Origin: Lama glama
Taxonomy: Eukaryota
Length of the DNA stretch: 64,000 nt
Direction of reading: 5' to 3'
NCBI GenBank assembly: GCA_028534125.1
Contig: CM052816.1
Coordinates: forward strand, 61,940,001 to 62,004,000
Shown here: piece by piece, positions 62,535-64,000 of the stretch
Numbering within the stretch: the stretch's first letter is position 1
How the letters are laid out: each line of letters begins with the position of its first letter
Notes under the pieces: model-generated
The model's database searches: none
What the model saw: the letters and a program-made list of their open reading frames with translations, nothing else
Told to the model about the DNA's origin: nothing
Position numbers and translations under genes: made by a program

Positions 62535-64000
62535 ATTATGGTAAAATACATGTATCGTAAATTGCCATTTTAATCATTTTTAAACCATTTTAAGTATACG
62601 ATTCAGTGGCATTAATTCCATTCACAGTACTATACAACCATCACCACAATCTATTACAAAATTTTTAATCACTCCAAACAGAGACTCTGTAAACATTAAG
62701 TACTAACTCCCCCACTCCTCCCTTCCCCCAAGCCCTAGTAATGTCGAATCTACTTTCTGTCTCTATGAATTTGGCCATTCTAGACATTTAGTGTAAGTGG
62801 AATCATGCAGTATTTGTCCTTTTGTCTCTGGCTTATTTCCCTTAATATAATGTTTTCAGAGTCCATTCATTCATGTTGTAGCATGTAGCTTTGTTCCTTT
62901 TTATGGCTGAATGATATTTCATTGTATGAATATAGTATATTTTCTTTATCCATTCATCTGTTGATAAGACACTTGGGTAGTTTTTACTTTTTAGCTATTG
63001 TGAATAATGGGCAACAAACATTGATATACAAGTGTCTATTTGAGTCTTTGTTTTCAGTTCTTCTGGGTATATACCTAGGAGTGGAATACTGAGCCATCTC
63101 TGTTCAGCTTTTTGAGGAGTCGCCAAACTGTTTTCCACAGCAGCTCCATCATTTTATGTTCCTACCTGAAGTGTACAAAAGTTCCGGTTTCTCGACATCC
63201 TTGCCAACACTAATTTCCCTTTCTCTTTTTTTCTTTTTATTTGTAGTCATCTTAGTCAATGTGAGATAATATCATGGTTTTGATTTACATTTCTCTCATG
63301 ACTAATGATGCTGAGCATCTTTTCATGGTCTTAATGGCCGTTTGTGTGTCTCATCTGGAGAAATGTCCATTCAAGTTTTTTTTTTAATTGATCCGTCTTT
63401 TTGTTCTTGAGTTGTGGAAGTTATATATGTATTAACTATTAAACCCCAGCAGATATATAACTTACACATATTTTCTTACATTCTGTAGGCTATCTTTTCA
63501 CTTTCATAATAATTTCTTTGCACAAAAGTTTTAAATTTTGATGAAGTCCACCTTACCAGTTCTTCTTTTATTGCTTGTGCTGGTGGTGTTTTATATCTAA
63601 GAATCCATCACCAACTCCAAGGTGAAGAAGAATGACCCCATACTTCCTTCTAAGAGTTTTGTGGTTTTAGCTCTTACATTGTCATGGTCTTTGATCCATT
63701 CTGAGTCAGTTTTTGTGTATGACGTGAGATGAGGAGTTCAACATCTTTTGTATGTGGAAATCCTGTTGTCCCAGCACCATCTGTTGAAGAGACTATTCTT
63801 TCCCCACTGAACAGACTTGACATTCTTGTCCAAAATCAGTTGGCTATATATGTATGGGTTTATTTCTGGACTCTAAATTCTATTCTACTGGTCTGTATGT
63901 CTATCCTTGTTACAGTATCACCGTGTTTTGATTACTATAGCTTTGTGGTAAGTTTTGAAATCAGGAAATGTGAGTCTTCCACCTTTATTCTTTTCAAGAT
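62535..64000 (-). mobile_element. Old L1M element (3' end at 62535, continues past the window)
   Basis: Antisense L1 motifs: ccaaactgttttccacagcagc, tcccagcaccatctgttgaagagactattctttcccca, ttgattactatagctttgt. Confidence 0.88.

Noticed and set aside
1..64000. CRISPR array, operon or other prokaryote-type system
   Set aside because: The sequence is intron-rich mammalian DNA, with no regularly spaced repeats or long uninterrupted ORFs.

Overview
Mammalian (eutherian) genomic DNA, most likely a camelid (camel/alpaca/llama): it carries short tRNA-derived vic-1-like SINEs and no recognisable Alu, Bov-A/Bov-tA or PRE-1 copies. The window holds a head-to-head gene pair sharing a CpG-island promoter near 49 kb. 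CWC27 (spliceosomal cyclophilin) runs on the minus strand, with coding exons 1-10 all mapped to GT-AG junctions in one continuous frame; its later exons lie beyond the left edge. SREK1IP1 (p18SRP) runs on the plus strand, with coding exons 1-2 present. The rest is intron filled with L1, L2, MIR, MaLR/ERVL LTRs, Tigger/MER DNA transposons and SINEs. Almost all ORFs in the supplied track are spurious or L1 ORF2 remnants. I found no convincing new multi-gene system. The most interesting details are: a young, CpG-rich 293-bp solo LTR with a 5-bp TSD in CWC27 intron 10; a TISU/YY1-initiated uORF and a second uORF in the probable CWC27 leader; a Sox-Oct composite motif in the middle of the bidirectional promoter; inverted SINEs closely flanking exons 5-10 (circRNA geometry); a three-level transposon nest with a probable L1 3' transduction; ~50-bp L1 tail insertions; and local AT-to-GC substitution patches suggesting GC-biased gene conversion. 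Repeat family names and human/mouse comparisons come from memory, not from a database search.
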